The translations under genes were made by a program, and so were the position numbers. This document shows, one piece after another, positions 38,030-48,242 of a DNA stretch of 64,000 nucleotides; within the stretch, counting starts at the first letter, position 1, and each line of letters opens with the position of its first letter. This DNA comes from Nitrospiraceae bacterium (GTDB lineage Bacteria > Nitrospirota > Nitrospiria > Nitrospirales > Nitrospiraceae). The stretch is taken from positions 524,811 to 588,810 of the forward strand of contig JBFWWG010000002.1 in the NCBI GenBank assembly GCA_050246315.1, read 5' to 3'. The notes beneath the pieces are model-generated. The model was not told the DNA's origin and did not search any database. It was given only the letters and a program-made list of their open reading frames with translations.

Positions 38030-39670
38030 ATGAGAACGTCCGGTGTGCGCCCTTTCATCATTCTTATCCTTCCAGCAATCTTGGCCCTGACTCCACCCGC
38101 AGAGGCTGTCGAAGAGGGGCAACTCGTCAAGAAGGAGGGGAAGTGGGAATACTATTCGGGAGAAGACCCCGGTCTGAAATATCTCTACCTCAAGGGGATC
38201 ATCACTCAGGACGAATACGAAAAGGGTCTCAAGGTGCTCGAGACCAAAGAGCACGCGTCGAAACCCAATTTCAATATCGACGTCAATAACGGGCTGAACA
38301 TCCGTGTCGGGTCGAAATTCCTGCTGAAAATACGGCTCCTCACTCAAGTACGCTACACCTACAGCGATTACAATGAAGGCTGGGGCACAATCGGGGATTC
38401 ACGCAATCCAGAAATTCTCGGTGGCCAGGTGGAATATCGAGCCGTCAGGAAACAGAGCGATTCCAGTCAGTTCTCGGTTCCCCGCGCCCACCTGCAATTC
38501 ATGGGATATGCGTTCGATCCGGATTTCCGTTACAACATCTCCTGGGCGTTCGATCAAACCACCTGGGATCAGGAGGGGAGCAGTGGACGGGCCGGCCTCC
38601 TGGACGCTTATATTTCCTCCTGGCACATCCCCTGGGCAACCGTCCAGATCGGCCAGCAGCGTGTCTGGTTCAATCGCGCCTTGATCAGCTCCATGGCCAC
38701 CTCCACCTTTGCGGACAATCTGATCGTCCAAAATGCGTTTGCAGCCAACCTGCAAGGCAGCCGCGACATCGGGATCAGCGTGCTGACCGACGAAGACCGA
38801 TACAAGTTCAACTATGCCGTCGGGATCTGGGGAGGAGTCGGGGCCAACCTTGCACGAGAGGGCACAGCCGTCAGTCAAAACGTCCTCCCTCCAACCGGGA
38901 CACCGGGAGCGCCCCCAGCCACGATCACTCGCACCTACAACTACGGCACCCGCTTCATGACCGGTGAGCTCATGTATACCGCCCGGCTGCTCTACAAGAT
39001 CTCCGGCAATCCAGGGTATGGCCAAGGAGACATTCTCAACTCACGGATACCCCAGGCCGCCATCGCGTTCGGCTATGCGTATAACCCGGCTCAGAACTAT
39101 CTGAGTTCGACTCGTTCGGACATTGTCCAGCGCGCCTACCGCCAGCGCGTCGCCAAAGCCTATAACGGCCGACTCCTCGCCGGGGGCATTTACGATTTCC
39201 AAACGTATGATGTGGACTTTATTGCGAAGTACCAAGGCTGGTCGCTCCAGGCCGAAGGCTACTACCGCCACCAGCGCGTGCGCAGTACCGACAGCGGAAC
39301 CCAACCATACGATCTCAACACGATCCCGTCTCCCCAAATTCTTGGTCCACCGGTGAACCTGGGCCAGGCCTGGGGCTATTACGTGCAGGTTGGGAAATAT
39401 ATCATTCCCCGCAAACTTGAACTCGCCGTACGATATGGATTCATGGACCCGTCAACCGAGCAGACTCACGACCTGCTCAAGGAATTCGGCGCCGCCATCA
39501 ACTACAGTTTCGACGGGACCTACAACAACCGACTCGTTATCGACTATTCCAACATCACGATGGGAAGCGGCGGGCGGGCCCCTGATCGCTTTCCCTTTGA
39601 GAGCGAACCGGGCTTCGGACGCGATCTGATCGAAAATCGGATCAACGTGCAGTACCAATTCTATTTCTGA
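38030..39670 (+). CDS. Outer-membrane porin, OprO/OprP-like (copy A)
   Basis: Signal peptide; GIITQDEYE helical segment; alternating beta-strands; C-terminal VQYQFYF. Confidence 0.8.
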   Translation: MRTSGVRPFIILILPAILALTPPAEAVEEGQLVKKEGKWEYYSGEDPGLKYLYLKGIITQDEYEKGLKVLETKEHASKPNFNIDVNNGLNIRVGSKFLLKIRLLTQVRYTYSDYNEGWGTIGDSRNPEILGGQVEYRAVRKQSDSSQFSVPRAHLQFMGYAFDPDFRYNISWAFDQTTWDQEGSSGRAGLLDAYISSWHIPWATVQIGQQRVWFNRALISSMATSTFADNLIVQNAFAANLQGSRDIGISVLTDEDRYKFNYAVGIWGGVGANLAREGTAVSQNVLPPTGTPGAPPATITRTYNYGTRFMTGELMYTARLLYKISGNPGYGQGDILNSRIPQAAIAFGYAYNPAQNYLSSTRSDIVQRAYRQRVAKAYNGRLLAGGIYDFQTYDVDFIAKYQGWSLQAEGYYRHQRVRSTDSGTQPYDLNTIPSPQILGPPVNLGQAWGYYVQVGKYIIPRKLELAVRYGFMDPSTEQTHDLLKEFGAAINYSFDGTYNNRLVIDYSNITMGSGGRAPDRFPFESEPGFGRDLIENRINVQYQFYF

Positions 39671-39710
39671 GACGGCAACGGATCATTCCATCAGTACGAG
39701 GAGACCCATC

Positions 39711-40535
39711 ATGAGACGACTCCGTCTGCATTTTGGAACGTACCTGCTCTTCAGCCTGGTCGCCATCCTGATCCAGGTCACATCTCTGCCCGCCCAACAA
39801 CCGGAGCCCCTGACCATTGCGGCCGCAAACAGTCTTCGCGACGCATTCCGCGAGGTGCTTCCCCTCTTCGAATCACGACATCCGGATATCAGGGTGCGCG
39901 TGATCTACGGCCCTTCCCAGACACTCCGGAAGCAAATCGAGGAGGGGGCGCCGGTCGATGTGTTCCTTCCGTCGCTGTTCGAGGAGATCGAAGATCTGGA
40001 GAAGAAGAGCTTGCTGATCAACGGAACCAAATATGTCTATGGAGGGACCTCCTTGGTATTGGTGACCAATGCGGCGTTGCCGGCTCCCGTCGACTCGATC
40101 CAGGCCCTCAAGACCGTCTCGATACGGCGCTTGGCCGTCGGTGATCCCAAAACGTCCTCCGTCGGGAAAGTGGCGGCACAATTTCTCAAATATAGTCGGC
40201 TGGATGAACGGCTTCGGTCGCACTACGTGTATGGCGAACACTCCCGAGCGGTTCTCGACCTGGTAGCTCAAGGAGAGGCGGAGTTGGGGATTGTGTATCG
40301 AACCGATGCGGTCTCCAACACAAAAGTGCGGATCGTCGATACGGCCCCTCAGGACTCTCACACACCCATCCACTATGGAGTCGCGGTGGTCTGGTCCCAC
40401 AGGAATCTGGCCTGGGGCCAAGGATTCATTGAGTTCCTCTCGAAGGCTGAGGTCCAGGCCTCGTTGCAGAAGTACGGATTTGATCGTGTCTCGACCGACA
40501 CCGGCCTTGGCCAACGGAAGGAGGTCAAACCATGA
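39711..40535 (+). CDS. modA: ModA-family oxyanion-binding protein (paralog 1)
   Basis: LTIAAANSL, YGPSQTL, GAPVDVF, GIVYRTDA, LQKYGF motifs. Confidence 0.85.
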   Translation: MRRLRLHFGTYLLFSLVAILIQVTSLPAQQPEPLTIAAANSLRDAFREVLPLFESRHPDIRVRVIYGPSQTLRKQIEEGAPVDVFLPSLFEEIEDLEKKSLLINGTKYVYGGTSLVLVTNAALPAPVDSIQALKTVSIRRLAVGDPKTSSVGKVAAQFLKYSRLDERLRSHYVYGEHSRAVLDLVAQGEAELGIVYRTDAVSNTKVRIVDTAPQDSHTPIHYGVAVVWSHRNLAWGQGFIEFLSKAEVQASLQKYGFDRVSTDTGLGQRKEVKP

Positions 40536-41266
40536 ACCACATCAACAAGCGGAGGATGGAGAGCCGAGCCTGGCCGCTCCCAGCGGCTGCAGTCATGATC
40601 GGCCTGGCAGTCCTCCCCGGTTGCGCAGGTCAGCCTCCCACCAAGACTACCTCTGTGTTGGAAGCAGGGCGGAACGTGGTCCAGCTTGAGGCCGATCCGG
40701 AGTCCACCTCCAATTCTCATCCGGCCACCCTCACGTCCGCGGAGGTCGGAACGTTGCTGCGAGGAGTGCGCGCCTGGGAACGGCGAAACCTTTTCCATCG
40801 ACTCTACGCCGGGGAAGCTCCAAGGACCAGAGCCTTTCGGGACAATGAGATCGCCCTGTTGGCGCCCGCACTCTCCAAGGCCTTGGCGCAGGCCGATCCC
40901 TCCGAGCGTATCTATTTCCACCTGAGCCACGCCACCGAAGCCGGTGAGGAGGAGACGACCACCGGATGGATTGCTGTCCGAGAGCCGATTCTCTATTTGG
41001 CAGTGAGCGAGGTGCACGACCGACACGGCCCGGTTCCGGACATCAGCAAATACGATCGCCAGATGCCGAACGTTCCGGAGGTTTCCGCCGCATTCGACGT
41101 GATCTTCGAACCGGAGGAGTATCTCCAGGCAGTTGAGAGCAAGGGGCGCTTCTGGGCGACGGATCAACGCGAAGAGTTGCAAATCCGTTATCGAGAAGCA
41201 TTGGGGTCCATGCCGACACATCCCGGCCTACCAATGAACTCAGCGCCGACCCCGTCTCTACCTTGA
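40532..41266 (+). CDS. Uncharacterised lipoprotein (copy A)
   Basis: Lipobox LPGC; paralogous to 56209..56910. Confidence 0.8.
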   Translation: MNHINKRRMESRAWPLPAAAVMIGLAVLPGCAGQPPTKTTSVLEAGRNVVQLEADPESTSNSHPATLTSAEVGTLLRGVRAWERRNLFHRLYAGEAPRTRAFRDNEIALLAPALSKALAQADPSERIYFHLSHATEAGEEETTTGWIAVREPILYLAVSEVHDRHGPVPDISKYDRQMPNVPEVSAAFDVIFEPEEYLQAVESKGRFWATDQREELQIRYREALGSMPTHPGLPMNSAPTPSLP

Positions 41267-41615
41267 GTTGGAGACAAGGCATCATGGTGATGCTGGTCGT
41301 GGATGATGATACGGTTATCGCGTCTGAAGCGGCGTGCAGACGCTTTTGCCGGATCGGAGTGCTCGGCACTCGCAGGGTCACGGAGGAGCCCCTTCATGTC
41401 GTTAGGCTCACCCGCATGATTCATGAACGCTTCTGCTGCAATCGCGGATTCGCCACTGCAACAGCGCCAACATACAAGGTCGAAGGCACAGGGTCTCTCC
41501 GCCTCGATATGATCGAACGATGCACGATTGTGAGAAATGGTCGCCTTCCCTCAAGCATCGTGCCGCCCGATTCAACCGCTCGGCCCGGGTGGCACGGAGG
41601 AGACCCGAAGCATGA

Positions 41616-43241
41616 TCAAGGAATGGCAGGGCTGGTCAAATCGTTATGCACGCTGTTGTTGCTTGCGTTCACGTCAATGCCCCCGGCAGGAGGTGGTTTA
41701 TCGAGATCGACGAATTGAAACGTCCCGAAGGGTTGGATCTGGTCGTCGGACGGCAATTGATCTCGGTTCCAGCCTCCGCCGAGCGCACGGATCAGTGCGA
41801 CCGAGGATGTCAGGAGTTCGGCCTTGATCTGGACAGACTCGATGCGTGCCGTGAGCGTTTGGACCTGCGCATAGATCAGTTCGAGGCTGGAGGCCAGCCC
41901 ACCTTGATAGAGCTCCATAGTCAGATTTTGAGCCTTGAAGTTGGCTCCGACGGAGGCGTCTTGCCGGTTGGCCGCGACGGTCAGCCGGTTGGTCAAGCTC
42001 AAATTGTTCTCGACCTCGCGAAACGCATTGAGCACCGTCGAACGGTAGAGGTCTTCCGTCTCACGATAGGCAGACCAGGCCTGCTGCAATTGGGCGCGGC
42101 GATACCCGCCTTGGAAAACCGGCAGCGCAACAGTGGCGCCATAGGACCAAAAACTATTGGCCAGCGAGATCAAATTGATACCGACATCCTCGAATCCACC
42201 GCCGATCCGAAACCTCACATCGGGAAAAAAGGCGGCACGGGCGATGCCGATAGCGCGGTTCGCCTGCGCCATCCGGCGTTCCATAGCGGCAACGTCGGGC
42301 CGACGTTCCAGCAAGGTGGATGGGATCGTCTGCGGAACTGAAAAATTCACGACCCGTAGCTCATCGACCGGCTTGATGGTGAAACTGGCCGGGGCCATGT
42401 TGACGAGAATGGCGATCGCCTGTTCCGCCACCTGACGTTGTCCTTGAACGCGGGCTAACTGCGTCTCGGTACTGAACAGCAGGGATTCGACGCGAGCGAC
42501 GTCAAGCGCCGACGCGATCGCGCCGGCAAATTGGGCCTTGACGAGATCAAGCGATTGTCGATACAGCGTGATCGACTGAGAATAGATGGCGATTTGCGCG
42601 TCGTAGCCGCGCAGGGTGAAATAGTTCGCCCCGATTTCCGCCTGAAGGCTGAGGCGCGCAAGCCCCCAGTCGGCGGCGCGTTCTTCGGCACGGTAGGTTT
42701 CCACTCGCGTCGCATTGCGGATCGCCGACCAGAAGTCGGGTTCCCACGCTGCCAATCCGCCTAGGAGCACGGTCGATTGTCTACTATCGATATCGGGCGG
42801 GCGAAACAGCGCATTATCGGATAGGCGGTTGTTTGAAGCGTCAAAACCCACACCAACCTGCGGGATACGGCGCGACCTGGCCTTCATCATCATATCCCGA
42901 GCCTGTATGAACCGCTCGGCGGCGGCCTGTAGATCCGGATTGGCCACCATCGCCTGATCAATGAGCCTGTTCAGAACCGGATCGTCGTAGAGTTGCCACC
43001 AATCCGGTCGCAATTCGTCATCCGACGGCTTGGCTTCGACGAAGGGACTCGCGCCTCGCCATGAGGCAGGGACGACATATTGAGGCGGTTCATAGGAAGG
43101 CGCGAGGTCGGCATGCGGCAGCCAGTCGCTTTGGCATGCGGAGAGAGTGAGCATCAAGAGGAGCAGGCCGCTGCGCCGCTGAAAGGCACGAACCATAGAC
43201 GGCACGTCTGAGTTCACACGCGGTCGCAGGCCGATGATCAT
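41616..43241 (-). CDS. RND efflux outer-membrane factor lipoprotein (NodT/OprM-like)
   Basis: Lipobox LSAC; WW.LYDDPVL, NPDL, LLERRPDV, ALGGGW motifs. Confidence 0.93.
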   Translation of the reverse strand: MIIGLRPRVNSDVPSMVRAFQRRSGLLLLMLTLSACQSDWLPHADLAPSYEPPQYVVPASWRGASPFVEAKPSDDELRPDWWQLYDDPVLNRLIDQAMVANPDLQAAAERFIQARDMMMKARSRRIPQVGVGFDASNNRLSDNALFRPPDIDSRQSTVLLGGLAAWEPDFWSAIRNATRVETYRAEERAADWGLARLSLQAEIGANYFTLRGYDAQIAIYSQSITLYRQSLDLVKAQFAGAIASALDVARVESLLFSTETQLARVQGQRQVAEQAIAILVNMAPASFTIKPVDELRVVNFSVPQTIPSTLLERRPDVAAMERRMAQANRAIGIARAAFFPDVRFRIGGGFEDVGINLISLANSFWSYGATVALPVFQGGYRRAQLQQAWSAYRETEDLYRSTVLNAFREVENNLSLTNRLTVAANRQDASVGANFKAQNLTMELYQGGLASSLELIYAQVQTLTARIESVQIKAELLTSSVALIRALGGGWNRDQLPSDDQIQPFGTFQFVDLDKPPPAGGIDVNASNNSVHNDLTSPAIP

Positions 43242-44509
43242 GGCGAAACCGACGAGGAATGTGCCGCTTGTTCCTTAGGCTCTGATTGTTGCGGTGACTC
43301 CGACTGATCAGGCGGTCTCAATTTGTCCTTTGACGCCACGGTTTCGGTATTGACGAGGTCGTAACCCGCTGCCGGCGTCACAAGGCGCACCTTGTCGCCT
43401 TCAAGCAACGCAGCGCTGGGATTGTTGATGATCCGGTCGCTTGCCGAAAGCCCCTCCGCGACTTCGACAAATTGATCCATGAGTTTGCTCACCGTGATGG
43501 ATTTCAAGTGAACTCTGTCGTCCTCCGTCACCACGGCCACTTGCGTGCCGTGCTCCTGGAACACCAACGCGGTGGACGGCATCGTGAATGCTTGTCGATC
43601 GACCGGAGCCGTGAGATGGACCTCGGCGTAAGAACCGGGCCAGAGCGTTCGGTCCTCATTGTCGATCGTAAAGACCGTCACCGCGGTGCGCGTACTTACA
43701 TCGAAGCCTTTTGAGACCGTCAGAAATTTTCCAATGAAATGACGTTTGGGCAATTGCGGCACGGTCACGTCGGCCGTCAGACCCGGCTGGAGGAAAGGCC
43801 CGAACGATTCCGGCACGTTGACGAAAAGACGCAATATGTGGACGTCGGCCACTGTAAACAGGTTGCTTTTCGCATTGGGGGTGTTGAGGTTACCTTCCTT
43901 GCTGACCAAGTCGCCGACATTAATGTTGCGCTGGGTCACCACGCCGTCGAAGGGGGCGACGATTGTTTTGAACCGTATGAACGCTTCGATATTCCTGACC
44001 TTTTGTTCTGCGGCCTTGACCTTCGCCGCTTCGGCTTTCAACTCCTGTTCCTTGACGGTGATCGATTGTTCGGAGACTGCGTGATTGGGACGGAGCGCGA
44101 TCCAGCGCTTGGCGGTCACCTCGGCAAGCTTATACCTGGCACGTTCCGTATCCAAATCTGCCTTGGACTGCGCATATTCGGCGTCGAGATCCGGCGCATT
44201 GATTTCGGCGAGAATGTCGCCTTTCTTCACATGGTCTCCGTAGTCCTTGTACCACATTTTTACATAGCCGGTGACGCGCGCGTACATGGGCGCCTCGTAC
44301 CAGCCCACGATATTGCCGGGAAGCGTAATGGTCTCGGTCGCCGGCACCGGCTTTGCGGAGACGACGGCCACGGTCGAAATGGCCTCTTCGAGTGTCTTCT
44401 CCCGCAGCAGCGCGGCGTCACCTCTACTCTCATAGACCCGATAGCCCACATAGCCCACGCACAACAAGACCGCTGAAAGGACCATGCCTCTTCCACCGAA
44501 TGTCTTCAT
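43238..44509 (-). CDS. RND periplasmic adaptor (MFP)
   Basis: N-terminal TM anchor; ARVTGYV, GDHVKKGD, APFDGVV, PGSY motifs. Confidence 0.93.
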   Translation of the reverse strand: MKTFGGRGMVLSAVLLCVGYVGYRVYESRGDAALLREKTLEEAISTVAVVSAKPVPATETITLPGNIVGWYEAPMYARVTGYVKMWYKDYGDHVKKGDILAEINAPDLDAEYAQSKADLDTERARYKLAEVTAKRWIALRPNHAVSEQSITVKEQELKAEAAKVKAAEQKVRNIEAFIRFKTIVAPFDGVVTQRNINVGDLVSKEGNLNTPNAKSNLFTVADVHILRLFVNVPESFGPFLQPGLTADVTVPQLPKRHFIGKFLTVSKGFDVSTRTAVTVFTIDNEDRTLWPGSYAEVHLTAPVDRQAFTMPSTALVFQEHGTQVAVVTEDDRVHLKSITVSKLMDQFVEVAEGLSASDRIINNPSAALLEGDKVRLVTPAAGYDLVNTETVASKDKLRPPDQSESPQQSEPKEQAAHSSSVSP

Positions 44510-46203
44510 GAGGTCTGTCCCTTTTGCCGGGCCATTCGCCGGCTGTAGATCATCGCGTATACGCAGGGCACGAAAAACAGCGTAAAGATGGTGGCCACGA
44601 GCAAGCCGCCGATGACGGCGCGACCCAACGGCGCATTCTGAGAATAGCCCGTCGCCATGGGAACCATTCCGATAATCATGGCCGAGGCGGTCATGAGTAC
44701 CGGGCGGAAGCGGGTCTTCCCGGCTTCGACCGCGGCCAAGAGCGCGTCGCCGTGCTCATGGAGCCGCTCACGAGCATACGACACAACGAGGATCGAATTG
44801 GCGGTCCCCGTGCCCATGGTCATGATGGCCCCCGTCAGTGCGGGCTCCGACAGACGCGTATGAGTCAGGAACAACGCCCACGCGATGCCCGCCAAGGCAC
44901 CGGGCAACGCCGTAATGATGATGAAGGGGTCGAGCCAGGATTGGAAATTGACGACGATCAGCAGATACACCAGCACGACCGCGGCGAGTAGGCCGAAGAT
45001 CAGCTCGAAATAGGCGTCGTGCATCAGCGACGCCTGGCCATGGATTTCGACCTCGGCGCTGCGCGGCTTCTCGTGCTCCATGTTGTGGACAATCTTCTCG
45101 ACATCCGTCAGCACACCGCCGAGATCGCGCCCTTCGGCGGAGACATAGACGTTGAACAGCGGCATGATGTTCCCGTGCGTGATCACGCCGGGCGTGCCCT
45201 CCGCCGACAACTCGGCCAAATTGCCGAGGAGTTGCACATCACGATCGTTCGAAGAACTACCCGCGGCATCGACCGGGACCGTTTTGATACTATTGACGCT
45301 GTTGATCTGCGACTGCGGCGTATACACATTGATCAGATACGACATGCCCGTACTCGGATCGAGCCAGTAAATTTGATCGACCTGTTGACTCCCGGCGGTC
45401 GTCATGAGCAGGTTGTCGGCCATGTTCTTCAGGGTCCGGTTGACTCCGAGTCCGAACGTGCGGTCGCCTTCCACCATCAGGGTCGGCGTGCGCATCGTCT
45501 GCTGAATCACCACATCCGCAGCGCCGGGAATCTCGCGAAACTTCCCAACTAATTTACGGGCAAACTCATAGTTGGGGTACATGTCCGGGCCGTTGACCTG
45601 CACGTCGATCGGCGCAGGGGCGCCGAAGTTGAGAATTTTTGCGGTCAGATCGGAAGGCTGGAACGTGAACTCCGTTCCTGGATAGCGTTCTCTCAAGCCC
45701 TTGCGGAGAATGCGCCGATAGTCCCACACCGGCGATTTCTCATCCTTCAACAGGATCGTCAGATCACAATCCTGGGACCCGATCGTCGGCGTCGGAATGA
45801 AGGCGAGGTTGTGCGGCCCGACCGGCAGACCGCAATTGCTGACAATGTTTTCGACCTGGCCCGGCAGCAACTGCTCGATGCTGTTGGAGACGAGCGTGGC
45901 AATGCGCCCCGACACTTCGATGCGCGTCCCAAGCGGCGCCCGCATATGCATCTGAATGACTCCGGACCTGATCTCGGGAAAGTAATCGCGTCCCAAGAAG
46001 AAAAAGAGGGACAGGGAAGCCACCGCGATGGCCAGCGAGATCGTGACGAAGGTCTTACGACGGGCGATCACCCGTTCGAGCAGCCTGCCATAGCCCTCGC
46101 GAAACCGCTCGAAGCGGCGCTCGAACCCCCTCTGAAAGCGGACGAACGGATTCCCCGACGGCTTGACGCCGTCATGTCCATCCTGGTTATGCGGCTGCGA
46201 CAT
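44506..46203 (-). CDS. RND permease, C-terminal half (TM7-12)
   Basis: NFQSWLDPFII, ANSILVV, RFRPVLMT, PLGRAVIGGL motifs. Confidence 0.85.
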   Translation of the reverse strand: MSQPHNQDGHDGVKPSGNPFVRFQRGFERRFERFREGYGRLLERVIARRKTFVTISLAIAVASLSLFFFLGRDYFPEIRSGVIQMHMRAPLGTRIEVSGRIATLVSNSIEQLLPGQVENIVSNCGLPVGPHNLAFIPTPTIGSQDCDLTILLKDEKSPVWDYRRILRKGLRERYPGTEFTFQPSDLTAKILNFGAPAPIDVQVNGPDMYPNYEFARKLVGKFREIPGAADVVIQQTMRTPTLMVEGDRTFGLGVNRTLKNMADNLLMTTAGSQQVDQIYWLDPSTGMSYLINVYTPQSQINSVNSIKTVPVDAAGSSSNDRDVQLLGNLAELSAEGTPGVITHGNIMPLFNVYVSAEGRDLGGVLTDVEKIVHNMEHEKPRSAEVEIHGQASLMHDAYFELIFGLLAAVVLVYLLIVVNFQSWLDPFIIITALPGALAGIAWALFLTHTRLSEPALTGAIMTMGTGTANSILVVSYARERLHEHGDALLAAVEAGKTRFRPVLMTASAMIIGMVPMATGYSQNAPLGRAVIGGLLVATIFTLFFVPCVYAMIYSRRMARQKGQTS

Positions 46204-47686
46204 GATGACTCTTCATCAGATATTTCGCCATGGTGGGCACCAACGTGCGCGACAGGATGAAGGAGGCGAGCATCGCGATGATGACCGCCTCCGCCATGGG
46301 CTTGAACAGGTAGCCGGCGACGCCGCCGAGCTCGAAGAGCGGGAGCCAGACGATCGCGATACACAAGGTGGCGACCAGCGTCGGGACGACGATCTCATTG
46401 GCGGCGTCGATGATGGCCTGCTCCAGCGGCTTGCCCATTTCGATATGGCGGTCGATATTCTCGATCATCACGGTCGCGTCATCGACCAGAATACCGACGG
46501 CCAGCGCCAACCCGCCCAAGGTCATCACGTTGATCGTCTCTCCGAGCCAATGCAAGCCGAGAATGGCGCTCAAGATCGACAGCGGGATCGAGGTCCATAC
46601 GATGACCGTGGCCCTCCATGAGCCGAGCAACAGCAGCACGATGAGGCCGACCAGGGCGCCGGCGGTCGCCATTTCATGCACGACATCCGAGATCGAATCC
46701 TTCACGAAGGTCGAGGCGTCGTCGAGAAGCCTGATCCTCACACCCTCCGGAGAGATTTGCTCGGCGCGCGGGATCATCTTCTTGATTCCATCGACCACGT
46801 CGAGGGTCGAGGCCTCCGTGCTCTTCATCGCGACGATGATGACGGTCTGCTTGCCCTTCACCAACACCGCGTTCTGTTGCACCCGGCCCATGAGGCGCAC
46901 GGTCGCGACGTCGCGCAGATAGATATACGCGTTGCCTTCCCGTTTGATCGGGATATTCGCGAAATCCTCGATCTTCAACGGTGACGCGTTCGTCAGGACG
47001 ATCCAGTCGGTCGGCTTGATCTTGATGTCGCCGGACGGCAACACGAGGTATTGCTGCATGAGAACATCGTGAATGTCCGAGGGAGTGAGATGGCGGGCGA
47101 GCATCTTCTGTTGATCGAGGTTGACCATGACCTGCATATCCTGGCCCCCGTAGGGATGCGGCAGGACGATCCCCGGCACCGTCACGAGCAAGGGGCGGAT
47201 GCGCATGTAGGCGAGGTTGTAGAGCTCCGCGGGCGTCATGCTGTCGGAGCTGATTTCGAGCATGGCCACCGGTATCGACGAGGGTGCCAGGCGCATGACC
47301 ATGGGCGGGGAAATATCGGGCGGCAGCGCCTTGACGACGTTCTGCGCAATACCCACGATATCTGCTTCGGCACGGCCTACGTCGACGCCGTCCTGCAGGA
47401 AAATATTGGTGATGCTGCTCCCGTAGTAGGAATGACTATGAATGTACTTAATGCCCTCCACGGTCGAGGTCAGGAAGCGTTCGAATAGATACGTGATGCG
47501 CCCTTCCACCTGCTGCGGCAACAGACCGGAGTAGATCCAGACCACGGAGGTAACGGGAATCGTAATATTCGGGAAGACGTCCGTCGGCATGTGGAGAATG
47601 GTAAGACTCCCCATCGCCACGATCAGGATCGACATGACGACGAAGGTATACGGTCTGCGCAGGGCGATGAGGACAATTTGGTTCAT
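46187..47686 (-). CDS. RND permease, N-terminal half (TM1-6)
   Basis: ALRRPYTF, DVFPNI, GILVDDATVMIENI, LFKPMA motifs; stop overlaps the start of the C-terminal half. Confidence 0.85.
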   Translation of the reverse strand: MNQIVLIALRRPYTFVVMSILIVAMGSLTILHMPTDVFPNITIPVTSVVWIYSGLLPQQVEGRITYLFERFLTSTVEGIKYIHSHSYYGSSITNIFLQDGVDVGRAEADIVGIAQNVVKALPPDISPPMVMRLAPSSIPVAMLEISSDSMTPAELYNLAYMRIRPLLVTVPGIVLPHPYGGQDMQVMVNLDQQKMLARHLTPSDIHDVLMQQYLVLPSGDIKIKPTDWIVLTNASPLKIEDFANIPIKREGNAYIYLRDVATVRLMGRVQQNAVLVKGKQTVIIVAMKSTEASTLDVVDGIKKMIPRAEQISPEGVRIRLLDDASTFVKDSISDVVHEMATAGALVGLIVLLLLGSWRATVIVWTSIPLSILSAILGLHWLGETINVMTLGGLALAVGILVDDATVMIENIDRHIEMGKPLEQAIIDAANEIVVPTLVATLCIAIVWLPLFELGGVAGYLFKPMAEAVIIAMLASFILSRTLVPTMAKYLMKSHHVAAA

Positions 47687-47836
47687 AGGCGAACTCTGCC
47701 AACCACGGGTGCCACAACAGTTGGATGTTTGATCATGACCTTAATGGATTTCAATGATTAACGGATGTCTCTGATTCGAAGTCTTGGGACAGGGCCGACC
47801 ATCCAAATACGAGAATATATAGCAATGCCTGCACAG

Positions 47837-47963
47837 ACAGCAAACTCCATACAGCAAACTCCATACCTGATCGTCACATGTTATCAACCGATGGGTCGGG
47901 AATGGAGGAAGGATGCATGTCATGCTGATACGGACAGGACCTCGCTGATACGGACGGGACCTC
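47837..47963. repeat. Two short tandem duplications
   Basis: ACAGCAAACTCCAT x2 (47837-47864); GCTGATACGGAC(A/G)GGACCTC x2 (47924-47963). Confidence 0.8.
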
Positions 47964-48157
47964 TGCAACGCCGACTCGGTTCGGACCGGACAACTTAACA
48001 ACTCTCCATGGTGCATCCGTTCACAGAGCGCGCCGTGCGGAATCACACGATTTTGAGGGTCGTGCGGGCGAGGGGGTCGTATAAGCCTCAGTGAAGAACT
48101 CGTTGGAGATGCGATGGTTGGGCTGGTTTTCTCTGATTGATCCCTTCGAGACAATCG

Positions 48158-48174
48158 TGGGCATTGATCTTGCT
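48158..48174 (+). promoter_or_regulatory. Putative sigma54 (-24/-12) promoter of modA paralog 2
   Basis: TGGGCAT-TGATC-TTGCT with exact GG-N10-GC spacing, about 70 nt before the ATG. Confidence 0.6.
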
Positions 48175-48242
48175 GTCATACCCGCCTCAATAGTCTCGAC
48201 TCATGGACCCCTCGTGAGAAGAAGATCCGAGAAAGGAGCATC

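Noticed and set aside
41263..41615. Receiver-domain remnant (MLVVDDD) after lipoprotein A
   Set aside because: Only a 7-aa resemblance; the rest has no receiver features.
47697..47713. sigma54 promoter (TGGCAC...) before the RND operon
   Set aside because: GG-to-GC spacing is not N10 and it is too close to the start codon.
37600..47863. Shared ACTCCA direct repeats at 37600 and 47843 as a common operator
   Set aside because: Periods differ (16 versus 14 bp) and the core is only 6 bp.
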